From contig CAZKPX010000001.1 of the NCBI GenBank assembly GCA_964554805.1, positions 381,798-445,797 of the forward strand: a stretch of DNA of 64,000 bases, read 5' to 3'. The translations under genes and the position numbers were made by a program. This DNA is from an uncultured Candidatus Saccharibacteria bacterium (GTDB taxonomy: Bacteria; Patescibacteriota; CAZHWT01). Shown piece after piece: positions 34,866-44,779 of the stretch. The notes under the pieces are model-generated. The model saw only the letters and a program-made list of their open reading frames with translations. It was not told the DNA's origin and made no database searches. The stretch's first letter is position 1. Each line of letters opens with the position of its first letter.

Positions 34866-36617
34866 ATGATTAAAGAGTTGTTGGGCTTGGAAATTAAAGA
34901 TATTGTCTTGAGATTGTATCCCAGCTGGAGTGGGGAAGTTGTGGTAGAAGAGCCTCGAGGTGGTGGGTTTGGTGATTATGCTACCACTGTGGCCATGTCG
35001 CTAGCCAAGGAGGCTAAAACCTCTCCGCGATCCGTGGCTGAGACTGTGGTTGGCGAGCTAATGCAAGTTGATAAGCTGAAGAACCTTGTTGACGATATTA
35101 GTATTGATGGTCCGGGCTTTATAAACTTTCGATTGACTAGTAATTGTTTATGGTCTGAAGTTAACGAGTATTTATCGGGGCAGGGTATACTCGACAAGCC
35201 CGCCCGACACGAAACTGTAATGGTGGAGTTTTCCTCGCCTAATATTGCAAAGCCATTTAACGTGGGACACCTACGATCAACCATTATTGGCGATAGTTTA
35301 TCGAGGATGTTTGGCTATCTAGGCTATCAAGTGCTAAAGGACAATCATCTTGGGGATTGGGGGACACAGTATGGCAAGCTGGCCTATGCGGTTGATGCTT
35401 GGGGTGATTGGTCAAAAATAGAGGCCGATCCTATCCCTGAGTTATTTCAGTTGTATGTACGCTTCCATCGTGAAGAAGTAGATGATAGCGATCTGGCAGA
35501 TAAAGGACGACAGTATTTTAAACGCCTAGAGGATAAAGATCCAGAAGTGACTGCCAGTTGGAAGAAATTGGTGGATTTGAGCTTATTGGACTTTGGGCAG
35601 CTGTATGATCAACTGGGAGTGACGTTTGATATGCAGCTGGGCGAGTCATTTTATGAGCCGATGCTAAAGGATATTATTGACGAGTGTAAAGAGCGGGGCA
35701 TAGCCAGAGAGAGTCAAGGCGCCTGGTTAATTTTCTTTGATGATGATCCGGAGTTAAAAGAAGCCCCGTTGATGATTGAGAAGAGTAATGGGACTTCAAC
35801 GTACGGTACTCGAGATTTGGCTGGTATTAAGTACCGATTTAATGAATTTGGGCTGGATAGGTTGGTTATTGAGATCGGTAACGAGCAGCGACTTTACTTT
35901 AGGCAGATAATTGCTGCCGCTGAGATGCTGGGTTGGGTTAGACCAGGCCAATTGCTTCATATCGGTCACGGACTATTTATTTTACCAACCGGTAAAATGT
36001 CGACACGACGAGGCGAGACAGTGTGGGTTCGGGAGCTGATTGAAGAGTTAGAAAAAAGAGCTACTCAGATAGTTGCCGAGAAGTCTCCGGAGTTGACTTC
36101 TGAAGAGCAAGTTGGCGTAGCTAAGATGGTAACGCTGGGGGCACTGAAGTACAATGACCTATCTCAAAATCGATTGAGTAATGTGGTATTCGATAAAGAA
36201 AAATCGCTGTCTTTGGACGGCAATAGTGCGCCATATTTACAGTACTGTGTTGCTCGTGGTCGCAAGGTTCTTAAGCTGGCCGATTTATCAGAAAGAGATA
36301 TCAGTCACGTTGAGGAACTGCTAGATGAGGCGACTCTGGAGCAGGCTGTTTTAACCGAACATGAGAGAGGTTTGCTGTTTCATTTAGGGAAGTTTGATGA
36401 ATCAGTTCAGCAGGCAGTTGCAGGTTATTTGCCAAATCTTTTAGCTAACTACTTGTTTCAACTGGGGCAAAAGTATAGCGCATTTTATCAGAATGATCCG
36501 ATTTTACAGGCCGAGCCTTCGGTTAGAGCTCGTCGATTATTGCTGGATATTTTGAGCGTCAGAGTTATGGTGAAAGGGTTGGATTTGCTGGGAATTGAAT
36601 CTCCTGAGCGCATGTAA
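34866..36617 (+). CDS. argS: arginyl-tRNA synthetase
   Basis: SSPNIAKPFNVGHLRSTIIGD (ArgS HIGH-like region); size and domain order typical of ArgS. Confidence 0.85.
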   Translation: MIKELLGLEIKDIVLRLYPSWSGEVVVEEPRGGGFGDYATTVAMSLAKEAKTSPRSVAETVVGELMQVDKLKNLVDDISIDGPGFINFRLTSNCLWSEVNEYLSGQGILDKPARHETVMVEFSSPNIAKPFNVGHLRSTIIGDSLSRMFGYLGYQVLKDNHLGDWGTQYGKLAYAVDAWGDWSKIEADPIPELFQLYVRFHREEVDDSDLADKGRQYFKRLEDKDPEVTASWKKLVDLSLLDFGQLYDQLGVTFDMQLGESFYEPMLKDIIDECKERGIARESQGAWLIFFDDDPELKEAPLMIEKSNGTSTYGTRDLAGIKYRFNEFGLDRLVIEIGNEQRLYFRQIIAAAEMLGWVRPGQLLHIGHGLFILPTGKMSTRRGETVWVRELIEELEKRATQIVAEKSPELTSEEQVGVAKMVTLGALKYNDLSQNRLSNVVFDKEKSLSLDGNSAPYLQYCVARGRKVLKLADLSERDISHVEELLDEATLEQAVLTEHERGLLFHLGKFDESVQQAVAGYLPNLLANYLFQLGQKYSAFYQNDPILQAEPSVRARRLLLDILSVRVMVKGLDLLGIESPERM

Positions 36618-36640
36618 TAGCTTGAATTGATAGGATTGGG

Positions 36641-37582
36641 GTGAGCGAATATATGTCTAAAAAGAAAAAAGGCGGCGGCAAAGGATGCTTGTTTGTTGTT
36701 ACTTTATTGATAATGGCCGTGATTGGTGGACTGGCCTATTTATGGTGGCCTACAAAGAGCTGGGAAGGCCTTAAAACTGAGATAAATAGTCTGTCTCGGA
36801 CTGTGCAATCAATTGTTAAATCATCGACAGAGAAGCTGGCAGAGCCTTCTAAGGCAGATAAGAAAGTTGCGTATCGCTTTGCTATCTTGTCTGATTCCCA
36901 TGAAGACACGACCGTATTTCCTAAGATTGTCGGTCAAATCGCGGCTCGGCAAGATTTGTCATTTGTAGCTTTCCTGGGTGATGCAAGTAATGCTGGTGAA
37001 TTGTCCAAGTTGCGCGAGGCCAAGGCATATTTAGACAATATAGAAATCCCAGTTCATGTTATACCTGGAGATCATGATAGAAATTGGCTTCCACAAAGAG
37101 ATTTACGCAACTACAAGCAGACATTCGGGGTGACTGCTACCTCCTTTTCTTTCAGTAAAGGTGATGAGTCATTTATCTTTATTGATAATAGCGATTCGAC
37201 TAATGGAATTGATGCAGCTAGCTGGGCATGGTTGGAGGGTGAGCTGGAAAAGCGAAAAGAAACTAACATGTATGTTTTTATGTCAACGCCACTGTATAAT
37301 CCATATTTATCGTTTAAAACAATGGGATCTCAGAACGAAGCAGTTAAGGACCAGGCGGGACAGCTGGCAGACTTGTTGTCTGGCTACCCGGTACAGGTTA
37401 TATTTGCTGGGGATACTCACACCTATTCTCAGTACAAGGATGAGGAGCATAAGTTATCAGTGGTGACGGTCGGGTCTGCTGGCACTAACAAGAACTTTCT
37501 GCCATTGTATGTGGAGGTTGAAATTTACAGTGACGGAAGCTACAATGCAACGAGCATTCCGTACAAAGAAGATGGAAGATAG
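36641..37582 (+). CDS. membrane-anchored calcineurin-like metallophosphoesterase
   Basis: Metallophosphatase motifs SDSHED, LGDASN, PGDHDRN and AGDTHTY; N-terminal transmembrane segment. Confidence 0.7.
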   Translation: MSEYMSKKKKGGGKGCLFVVTLLIMAVIGGLAYLWWPTKSWEGLKTEINSLSRTVQSIVKSSTEKLAEPSKADKKVAYRFAILSDSHEDTTVFPKIVGQIAARQDLSFVAFLGDASNAGELSKLREAKAYLDNIEIPVHVIPGDHDRNWLPQRDLRNYKQTFGVTATSFSFSKGDESFIFIDNSDSTNGIDAASWAWLEGELEKRKETNMYVFMSTPLYNPYLSFKTMGSQNEAVKDQAGQLADLLSGYPVQVIFAGDTHTYSQYKDEEHKLSVVTVGSAGTNKNFLPLYVEVEIYSDGSYNATSIPYKEDGR

Positions 37583-37712
37583 GATATTGGATATAGTTTA
37601 AGCTGGAGACATGCGGCTAGCGACGAGTAAATAACAACTACATAATCGCACAGCTCAGCCCGAAGTTATGTTATATCCCATATCCTATACCCTATATTCA
37701 ATTTAACGTATT
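37570..37712. repeat. Family B palindromic repeat with a 90-nt insert carrying a GCGACGAG motif
   Basis: ggatattggatatag ... gctagcgacgagtaa ... ttatatcccatatcctataccctatattc. Confidence 0.7.
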
Positions 37713-37725
37713 AAGGAGTTTAGCT

Positions 37726-38259
37726 ATGGATAAGCCGGAATTAGAACAGACATTGGTTATTTTTAAACCAGACACTATTCAGCGGGCCTTGGTGGGCGAG
37801 ATTATTACTCGATTTGAGCGAGCAGGTTTGCAGATTGTGGCCATGAAGATGATTGCACCTGACGAGCTGCATTTCCACAAGCATTACGAAGGTATTAGTC
37901 ATCTGATTAGCCGTTGGGGAGAAGATATTTATAACATCACGCTGAGTCAAATGACTGAAACTCCAGTTATTGCTTTTGTCTTGGAAGGTGTTGAAGTGGT
38001 GTCTCATGTTCGCAAAATGGTCGGTACTACCGATCCAAAGGACTCAGCGCCTGGAACTATTCGGGGTGATTACACTCACATTACTCGGGCATTCACTAAT
38101 CCACTTGGTGCAACCCTGCCGAATATTTTGCATGCTTCAGGTAATGTAGAAGAAGCTCAGCAAGAGATTGCCTTGTGGTTTAAGGAAGATGAAGTGTATT
38201 CTTACTATGAGACTGCTCATAGTCCAATTGTTCGTGGCCGTATTCCTAACAAGAAGTGA
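37726..38259 (+). CDS. ndk: nucleoside diphosphate kinase, long form
   Basis: QTLVIFKPDTIQRALVGEII matches the [21 protein letters not shown] consensus; catalytic His region NILHASGN; 177 aa. Confidence 0.75.
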   Translation: MDKPELEQTLVIFKPDTIQRALVGEIITRFERAGLQIVAMKMIAPDELHFHKHYEGISHLISRWGEDIYNITLSQMTETPVIAFVLEGVEVVSHVRKMVGTTDPKDSAPGTIRGDYTHITRAFTNPLGATLPNILHASGNVEEAQQEIALWFKEDEVYSYYETAHSPIVRGRIPNKK

Positions 38260-38309
38260 TAGGCTAGGCCTATCTTGGCTTCCCTCTGGCGCGTAAAGGC
38301 CAGAGGCTA

Positions 38310-38384
38310 GCCCCTGTAGCTCAATGGATAGAGCAGGCCCGTCCTAAGGGTAAGATGGGGGTTCGATTCCCTCCGGGGGTACCA
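38310..38384 (+). tRNA. tRNA-Arg (anticodon CCT)
   Basis: Hand-folded: D-arm gctc-aatggata-gagc, anticodon loop gtCCTaa, T-arm ggggg-ttcgatt-ccctc, CCA encoded; acceptor stem has two G:U pairs; immediately preceded by the hairpin cctctggc-gcgtaaag-gccagagg. Confidence 0.7.
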
Positions 38385-38526
38385 GATTTTTGGACATCAC
38401 GAAGTGGTGTGTAAAAATCTGGTACTTCTCAAGTAGAATGAAGCTTCGGGTTCGCTAAAGAGGAAAGCTGCTCTTTTACCAACGAGTAAAAGAGTGAGCG
38501 AACTCTCTATCTGGCTCTAGGAGACA

Positions 38527-38546
38527 GATTCCCTCCGGGGGCACCA
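38527..38546 (+). repeat. direct repeat of the 3' end of tRNA-Arg (gattccctccgggggcacca), 143 nt downstream of the tRNA
   Basis: Matches 19/20 of the tRNA T-arm/acceptor/CCA segment gattccctccgggggtacca; such repeats usually mark integration sites of mobile elements. Confidence 0.6.
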
Positions 38547-38595
38547 GTTACGCAGTATAGGGCAGTTTAATTTTTAAAGGTAAAACTAGGATTTT

Positions 38596-39210
38596 ATGGC
38601 GCAGTCATCAAGTTTACATAATCTCGAGCAATTATTAGAATTTACCAGATTTAACCACTCTTTTCGTGGAGTGAAGCGGCAGGTTTTTTCGGTTGGGACC
38701 AAACAGTTTGAAAATGATGCTGAGCATAGTTATCAATTGGCTCTGACTGCTTGGTATTTAGTTAATACGCTACAGCTTGCCTTGGATATAAACAAAGTTC
38801 TTCGGTACTCTTTGGCGCATGACTTAATAGAAGTTTATGCTGGTGATACTCCGGCATTTAGCAAAGATGCTGCACATAAAAATAGTAAAGTGGTTCGTGA
38901 GGCGGCGGCAATGGCCCGCATTTATGACGAGTTCTCCGGATTTTCTCAACTGCATGAAGCCATAGAATGTTACGAAAGGCAAGTGGACGATGAGGCGCGC
39001 TTTGTCTATGCGCTAGACAAGCTGCTGCCAGTTATCAATGGCTATTTGGATGATGGCGCATCGTGGAAAAAGAGCAGCCTTACTCTGAAACAGGTAATAG
39101 CAGAGAAAGATTTCAAAATTAAAGTAAGTGATCCAGTATACAGGCTCTGGCAAGAGGTGGAGACATTGTTGAAGGCAAATGAAGGCAAGCTATTTAAGCA
39201 GTCAGCGTAG
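38596..39210 (+). CDS. HD-domain phosphohydrolase (YfbR-like 5'-nucleotidase family)
   Basis: HD motif region AEHSYQLALTAWYL...LAHDLIEVYAGDTPAF. Confidence 0.65.
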   Translation: MAQSSSLHNLEQLLEFTRFNHSFRGVKRQVFSVGTKQFENDAEHSYQLALTAWYLVNTLQLALDINKVLRYSLAHDLIEVYAGDTPAFSKDAAHKNSKVVREAAAMARIYDEFSGFSQLHEAIECYERQVDDEARFVYALDKLLPVINGYLDDGASWKKSSLTLKQVIAEKDFKIKVSDPVYRLWQEVETLLKANEGKLFKQSA

Positions 39211-39366
39211 TGCGTAGTATGGAATGTCATTAGTGCAGTGTCTAAGGAAGCTCCGATGGTTGTCTGGACTGAGAGTTGCTTTGGTTGTGTGATGAATGGC
39301 AAGCTAGGACCCCAGATATAGACATGCTTGGGTAGCGGGGGTAGAATTCATGGAAAGGAGCATTTT

Positions 39367-39867
39367 ATGATACGACAGTTTTTTGCACACCGGTATATAG
39401 AAGGAACACATAGCGCTAAGGCAGTTTATGGCATTATCCTTATCACTGCCTCCTTGATTGGATTCCAGCTTCATCCTGAGTCAGCTTTTATTATAGCCCT
39501 GCAGGTTTTTCTAGCCGGTATGGTGATTGTATTGGCTGAAGTCTACGCTGATTTTATTGGTGAGCGGATACAGTACCGTAAGGAGCTCAGTAATGGAGCG
39601 CGTCGGAAAGTTTTGGCAGATGGCTGGGTGATTGGTTCGGTGACTCTTTATCCTACCGTTATTTTTATTTTAAGCGGATTTGGTTGGTGGACAATTGACC
39701 ACGCCTTTACGATTAGCTATGTTGTCAGTTTGCTAGCATTGGCAGGTTTTGGGTATATCTCTTGGCTGGCAGCCGGAGAGTCTCCTCAAACCAGTATTGT
39801 GAAGTCGCTGATCATCACCGCCATTGGTGCAACCGTCATCGTGGCTAAGTACTTGTTTGGACATTAA
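39367..39867 (+). CDS. hypothetical integral membrane protein
   Basis: AAAGGAG ribosome-binding site 7 nt before the ATG at 39367; at least four hydrophobic helices; track ORF starts at 39328. Confidence 0.5.
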   Translation: MIRQFFAHRYIEGTHSAKAVYGIILITASLIGFQLHPESAFIIALQVFLAGMVIVLAEVYADFIGERIQYRKELSNGARRKVLADGWVIGSVTLYPTVIFILSGFGWWTIDHAFTISYVVSLLALAGFGYISWLAAGESPQTSIVKSLIITAIGATVIVAKYLFGH

Positions 39868-39879
39868 CTGGTAGCTCAT

Positions 39880-41403
39880 TTAAAAACAGCTGACTTTGGT
39901 GAAGTCGTTTGCTTGGCTGTAGACAGTCGGAAGTTGGCTCGGATTGTTGATTGTATGGTTGTCCTGGAACGTCAGAATACAGGTTTGAGGGTTAGCTAGG
40001 GGCACTTCTATACTAGTGGGCACTGATTGATTGCCTGTTTTTGCCTGATAGAAGCCCAAGTGAGCAGCGGCGTTGTTGGAATGGTCGGAGATCACAATAC
40101 GCTGTGGTTGCTGGGCTATGGCTTGATCCATGCTTTGGTTAAAGTCATAGCTTTGGAATGCCGCTACAGTCTGGGTTGGGTAGGCAGTAAAATAATTTGT
40201 CAGGTAGAAGGCTCCTTGGATAATCAGAATCAACGACAGAGTGCCAATGGAGGCCCATTTAATGCTCGACTTAGGCAGGTACTCTAGCGCTGCTACCCCA
40301 TAGACTGATAATAAGAGAATGTAGAATCCAAACATAAGGCTGAGCTGAGCATGACTTTGGTCGGTAATAGCTGCGGCCAACGGAGCCGTCAAAGCTCCTA
40401 TAAAAAGTAACCAGCCAAAATATTTGTGATGACTGTCTCTGAGGATAATGACGAAGCTAATGCCTACCACAGCCAGGAGAGCTACGGCTAGGAATAGCTG
40501 ACCCATTGACCCAGTGTGATGTCGAAGATTGCTGTCGCCTGCTATAAGTAAGAATCCAGGATCGAAGTAGGATAGATAATTAACGATTAGAACATTGAGT
40601 TTTTGCAGTAAGGTCAGATCGCTGGCATAGAAGTAGGAGATGAAGCCTAGTTTTTGTTGCAAGCCGGGGTTATTGGCTGAAAAATATAGGTAGGGAATGA
40701 GGCTGACAATGAAGGCTGATAGGAATAGTACGTGTCTCTTCCAATAGTCCTTTGATCGATAGACAATCATTAAGCCGATAATCAAAGCAAATGATAAAAA
40801 GCGACTGGTTGATGAAGTATAAAAAGCAAATCCTGTTAGGAGGCCAGCGGCTAGGCTGTAATATATGGTTGTCTTGGTGGCTGCTTGCTGGTAGGCGGTA
40901 TAGATACAGAGCAGGGCCCATACATATAGAGCTGGCTGAGCTATGTTTTCAAATCCGATGCGAGAGAATGTAAAAAACCAGGGTAGGGTTCCTAAGGCAA
41001 GTAGGCTATAGAGTAGGGTGATAGGATGCTTGGGAAAGACTTTTTTAACCAAAATCATAGTTCCGGTTATTAAGATAAGGAAAAATAGGGCACTTGTCAG
41101 TCGTAGTGATAAATCGCTAATGCCAGTTATCTGGAATACAATAGAAGTAGTGTAAATATAGATAGGGCTTTTAAAATCACCCAAGGCTTCAAAGTAGATT
41201 GGCATGAATTGACCATGCTGATCTTGAAGATTGGCTTTGATGTTGGCTGCGTTTTGACCTATAGAAGCCTCGTCTACATACAAGCCTTTAGGTAATGAAT
41301 CAATATTCCACACGTGGAAGAAAATAACAGCAATACTGAGTACGATGAAGCTAGTTATTAGAGCGTACTTTCTTAGGTTATTTTTTTCTGATAGAGCGGT
41401 CAT
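39880..41403 (-). CDS. GT-C family membrane glycosyltransferase (GT39/ArnT/PMT-like)
   Basis: 507 aa polytopic; N-terminal loop GLYVDEASIG after the first transmembrane helix resembles the catalytic DE motif of ArnT/PMT enzymes. Confidence 0.6.
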   Translation of the reverse strand: MTALSEKNNLRKYALITSFIVLSIAVIFFHVWNIDSLPKGLYVDEASIGQNAANIKANLQDQHGQFMPIYFEALGDFKSPIYIYTTSIVFQITGISDLSLRLTSALFFLILITGTMILVKKVFPKHPITLLYSLLALGTLPWFFTFSRIGFENIAQPALYVWALLCIYTAYQQAATKTTIYYSLAAGLLTGFAFYTSSTSRFLSFALIIGLMIVYRSKDYWKRHVLFLSAFIVSLIPYLYFSANNPGLQQKLGFISYFYASDLTLLQKLNVLIVNYLSYFDPGFLLIAGDSNLRHHTGSMGQLFLAVALLAVVGISFVIILRDSHHKYFGWLLFIGALTAPLAAAITDQSHAQLSLMFGFYILLLSVYGVAALEYLPKSSIKWASIGTLSLILIIQGAFYLTNYFTAYPTQTVAAFQSYDFNQSMDQAIAQQPQRIVISDHSNNAAAHLGFYQAKTGNQSVPTSIEVPLANPQTCILTFQDNHTINNPSQLPTVYSQANDFTKVSCF

Positions 41404-41488
41404 TTGAGTAAAAGTATGACACTATTTTGCTTGCCTGTAAAGAAGCCTGTCTGTTGACTATGCAATACGGCAATGTTACATTCCGGCC

Positions 41489-43309
41489 ATGAAACTTTTT
41501 AACGGCATGTTCGCCGTCATCTTATGTAGTGCAGTGTTGATAGGCGGATTGTTTTGGCCGGAAGTTGTACAGGCAGATATAGGGCTTGAGGGGGATTTCT
41601 TTGTCGTTGAATCCGATAGCCCGTTGGTTGCTGGTTCGCCTAGTAGATTTACGTTTGGCATTTCTGAGCAGCATGGCTATCTGTTGGGGGAGTCTTTGGT
41701 GGGGTGGGCGGTTAGGATTGCGGATTATAATCAAAGTGGTGCTCATAGTCGGATAATTGCTGCGCATGATGGAGTAGGAGCTACTTTCCCAGCCAGCTTG
41801 AATTGGGATGGCTTGGCTGATGATGGGAGGGTGGTAGTAGGTGGAGATATTGAAGTGTCGCTTGGTGTTCATTTTGAAACAGGCAGTATCTTATTTCCGA
41901 TTGAAACTTATTGGACCAGGGCTGTATTTCATGTGCATAATTCAATTGAAGGGGTTACGTCTGGCGATTTAGATAAACGTATTCAGTTTGATTCTGTATC
42001 GGGCACGAGGTTTTTGCCAGCTAATGAGCAGGCTGCAATCAAGATAACAACACCATATATACCGAATAGCCAAGCTGCTGCATGGAAGTTTTATTTAGAA
42101 GACAAGCATGGCAAGAGGCTGGAGCATTCGAAATGGAGTCAGGCAGGTCTCACCTTGTCAGCCGCTGATGACAGGGGATACTTGAGCTTGGAGTGGCAGG
42201 GTCTATCTATGAGTGATAATGAGGCTGAGTCAAAGTTGTTTGAGGAGGGCGAGTACGAAGGAGTATTTTTGTTGTCTACCAGATCGGACTATTTTTTAAA
42301 TTATGCTAGGGAGACGAGATGGCAGATACAGATTGGAGAGAAGGAGAGTGAAGATCTGCCAGACCCTGTTGATGATAATGTGGCTGATTCAGCAGATCCT
42401 GTGGTTGCGCCAGCTCGTTATTGTGTTGATAGAAGTCCAGTATTGCTAATACATGGGTTGAACTCTTATCCTGAGATGTGGCTTGAGTCTAGCACTAATT
42501 ATGTTGAGCTATTGTTGCGCAGCGGTTATAGCCGAGAGTTTATTAATCTGTACTCATATAGCGGCCTGGGTCCTAATAATTCCTATAATAATCAGGGCGG
42601 TGTGGTTGAAGTGGCGCAGGGTATGAGAAAGGCTGTAGTAGACCTGAGTCGAAAGTCTGTTGAATGTGGTGGTAATGGGCTGGTTGATATTGTGGCGCAT
42701 AGTATGGGTGGCTTGGTAGCTCGCCAGTATCAATATGAATATCCGGATCAGCATCTGCTGGGTAAAGTTATTACAGTTGGCACTCCGTATCAGGGGAGTT
42801 GGTTGTTGGAATGGCGGAAGCAAGAGATATTAGCCAGTAGTATCGGGTCTTTTAGTTCTGGTGCTAGCTTCTTTCTAGAGGGAAGCGGGTTTGACAGTAT
42901 AAATTTATTGCAGCAAGCATATATTGATTTAACGCCTAATTCTAACTACCTCTTACAACAGGGCGCATATAATGAGTCTGATGGCGCACAATTAAATTTT
43001 TTGTATGGTGAAATTAGTGTGAATCATCATGTTAGCATTTTTAATATTGAGCTTATCAGTGATGAATGGGATATGGGGGACCTTATTGTTAGTAGTGAAA
43101 GTGCTTCAAATACGGGAAAGACTCAGACTGCAGGCAGAATAGCTTTTAATAGCGGAGAAATGCTTGTCTTCAAGGCCCATCTTTATTTGGGACAATTTAT
43201 GCCACAATATCAGTTAGTTAGCTTCAACCCTCATGCTTTAAAATATATGCACACTAATATCTTAAAACAAATAGAAGTAAAAAATGTTATTTTAAATCTA
43301 TTACTATAA
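41489..43309 (+). CDS. secreted alpha/beta hydrolase with a lipase-like GHSMGG nucleophile elbow
   Basis: Signal-peptide-like N-terminus MKLFNGMFAVILCSAVLIGGLFWPEVVQA; VLLIHGLNS...VDIVAHSMGGLVARQY. Confidence 0.65.
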   Translation: MKLFNGMFAVILCSAVLIGGLFWPEVVQADIGLEGDFFVVESDSPLVAGSPSRFTFGISEQHGYLLGESLVGWAVRIADYNQSGAHSRIIAAHDGVGATFPASLNWDGLADDGRVVVGGDIEVSLGVHFETGSILFPIETYWTRAVFHVHNSIEGVTSGDLDKRIQFDSVSGTRFLPANEQAAIKITTPYIPNSQAAAWKFYLEDKHGKRLEHSKWSQAGLTLSAADDRGYLSLEWQGLSMSDNEAESKLFEEGEYEGVFLLSTRSDYFLNYARETRWQIQIGEKESEDLPDPVDDNVADSADPVVAPARYCVDRSPVLLIHGLNSYPEMWLESSTNYVELLLRSGYSREFINLYSYSGLGPNNSYNNQGGVVEVAQGMRKAVVDLSRKSVECGGNGLVDIVAHSMGGLVARQYQYEYPDQHLLGKVITVGTPYQGSWLLEWRKQEILASSIGSFSSGASFFLEGSGFDSINLLQQAYIDLTPNSNYLLQQGAYNESDGAQLNFLYGEISVNHHVSIFNIELISDEWDMGDLIVSSESASNTGKTQTAGRIAFNSGEMLVFKAHLYLGQFMPQYQLVSFNPHALKYMHTNILKQIEVKNVILNLLL

Positions 43310-43313
43310 TTTT

Positions 43314-43547
43314 ATGAAAACCTTCATTCAATGGCTTGGTTGTTACATAGTCGCTCTAGTGCTATTAATGGTTCTGACGAATATTACCGCCCGCATTTTA
43401 TTTCCTGTAGGAAGCACTACTAGTCTGTTTGGCATCATTTTTATTATCTGGCTACTGGCTAATTTTATAATCGCCATACCGCTAGCTATCTTGGGTATGT
43501 ATTTGGTTAAGAAGCGATGGGTGGGGAAGGGTGGTGGGCGTAAATGA
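43314..43547 (+). CDS. small protein with two transmembrane helices
   Basis: 77 aa, two hydrophobic helices; its stop overlaps the next start (ATGA). Confidence 0.45.
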   Translation: MKTFIQWLGCYIVALVLLMVLTNITARILFPVGSTTSLFGIIFIIWLLANFIIAIPLAILGMYLVKKRWVGKGGGRK

Positions 43548-44104
43548 AGAGCTTGGGTTATAGAAGTGTACTTTTTGTTTTAGTAACGGGTTTAGTGGTA
43601 GCTATTATCAGTCTGTCTTATATGGTGATAGAGAGATTTATCGGGGATGACCTAAATGGTCAAAAAGTTGAAGAGAGGGTAGTAAAGAGCGATGCTGAGT
43701 TTGAAAAAGATGTTGTTTGGCAAGATGATAGTCAACGTCAGAGCAAGGTATTAGGGGTAGATACTCATGGATCACCTATTGAAGAAGTATACGATGTTAA
43801 GAGTCAACAGGCAAGTGCAGTGTTTGATTTAGTTGAGGCTGCAATTGAGGGCAGGCAGCCGCAAAAGTTACATAGTTTATTATCGGTGGATATGGCGACT
43901 ATGTTTGATTTGTCTGCAGTTCAGAAAGGAATGATGGAGGCGCATCCTATACAATTAGAGCGGCAAGGTCGGCTGAGGATTGAAGGGGATTGGGCTTATC
44001 AGGGTTACAGGGCAGTGGCTGACGATCAGGGGTATTTAGAGTACATGGTGGTTCTTAAGCATGAGGAGAGTAGCTGGAAATTGTATGGAACAGTTGAGCC
44101 TTAA
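43544..44104 (+). CDS. membrane-anchored hypothetical protein
   Basis: N-terminal transmembrane helix then a soluble domain; translationally coupled to the upstream small ORF. Confidence 0.5.
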   Translation: MKSLGYRSVLFVLVTGLVVAIISLSYMVIERFIGDDLNGQKVEERVVKSDAEFEKDVVWQDDSQRQSKVLGVDTHGSPIEEVYDVKSQQASAVFDLVEAAIEGRQPQKLHSLLSVDMATMFDLSAVQKGMMEAHPIQLERQGRLRIEGDWAYQGYRAVADDQGYLEYMVVLKHEESSWKLYGTVEP

Positions 44105-44158
44105 AAGAGGCGATAGGTAGTAGCTGTTTGAAAAAGAGTGTTTGAGTAACTTAAATTT

Positions 44159-44779
44159 GTGTATACTTGTGACATGGAAGAATTGAGTACCAAATCTAAA
44201 CAATCTAAAAATTTAACAGAGAAACTAGTCGACAAATACGTGGGGCTGGAAGATGATGAACAGGTTATATTGTTGTGTCGCAAGCACTGGGCAGTCTTTC
44301 GCAATAGCGTTTTGCTAGCCTTATTTGTGCCGTTTGTATTGCTGTTTTTTGTGTACTTTTTTAATGTTTATCCGTTAGATATAACCAGCGATGTTATACA
44401 TTGGATAACCATGGCTCTAGTGGTGGCTAGTGGGGTGGCTTTTGTGGTGGGTACGATTGGATTTTTGTGGCGGCTATATATTTGGCACAATACATTTTAT
44501 GTTATGACTAACAAGAAGTTGGCTATTATTAACCAGCAGTTGCCTTGGGAGTATGATGTGCAGCAGATAAGCCTGCGTAATATTAATGACGTGACTTTGA
44601 AACAAACTGGCTTTCAATCGCTTATCTACGGCTACTCAGATGTGATTGCTGTGACGTACTCCGGCAGTGTATTTACGCTTAAAGGTGTCGGTGAACCTTC
44701 AGTTGTTCAGAAATTAATTATGCAGCAGGTAACCAATCAGAAATCTGGTCCGCTCAGCGCTAGGGCTACTGAAGATTGA
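44159..44779 (+). CDS. membrane protein with a bacterial PH-like domain (DUF304-like topology)
   Basis: Short N-terminus, two transmembrane helices, then a beta-rich C-terminal domain; assignment by architecture only. Confidence 0.4.
   Translation: MYTCDMEELSTKSKQSKNLTEKLVDKYVGLEDDEQVILLCRKHWAVFRNSVLLALFVPFVLLFFVYFFNVYPLDITSDVIHWITMALVVASGVAFVVGTIGFLWRLYIWHNTFYVMTNKKLAIINQQLPWEYDVQQISLRNINDVTLKQTGFQSLIYGYSDVIAVTYSGSVFTLKGVGEPSVVQKLIMQQVTNQKSGPLSARATED

Noticed and set aside
38282-38600. Integrase or integrated island next to tRNA-Arg
   Set aside because: The downstream genes (HD hydrolase, membrane protein) are not mobile-element genes, and only the short direct repeat is present.
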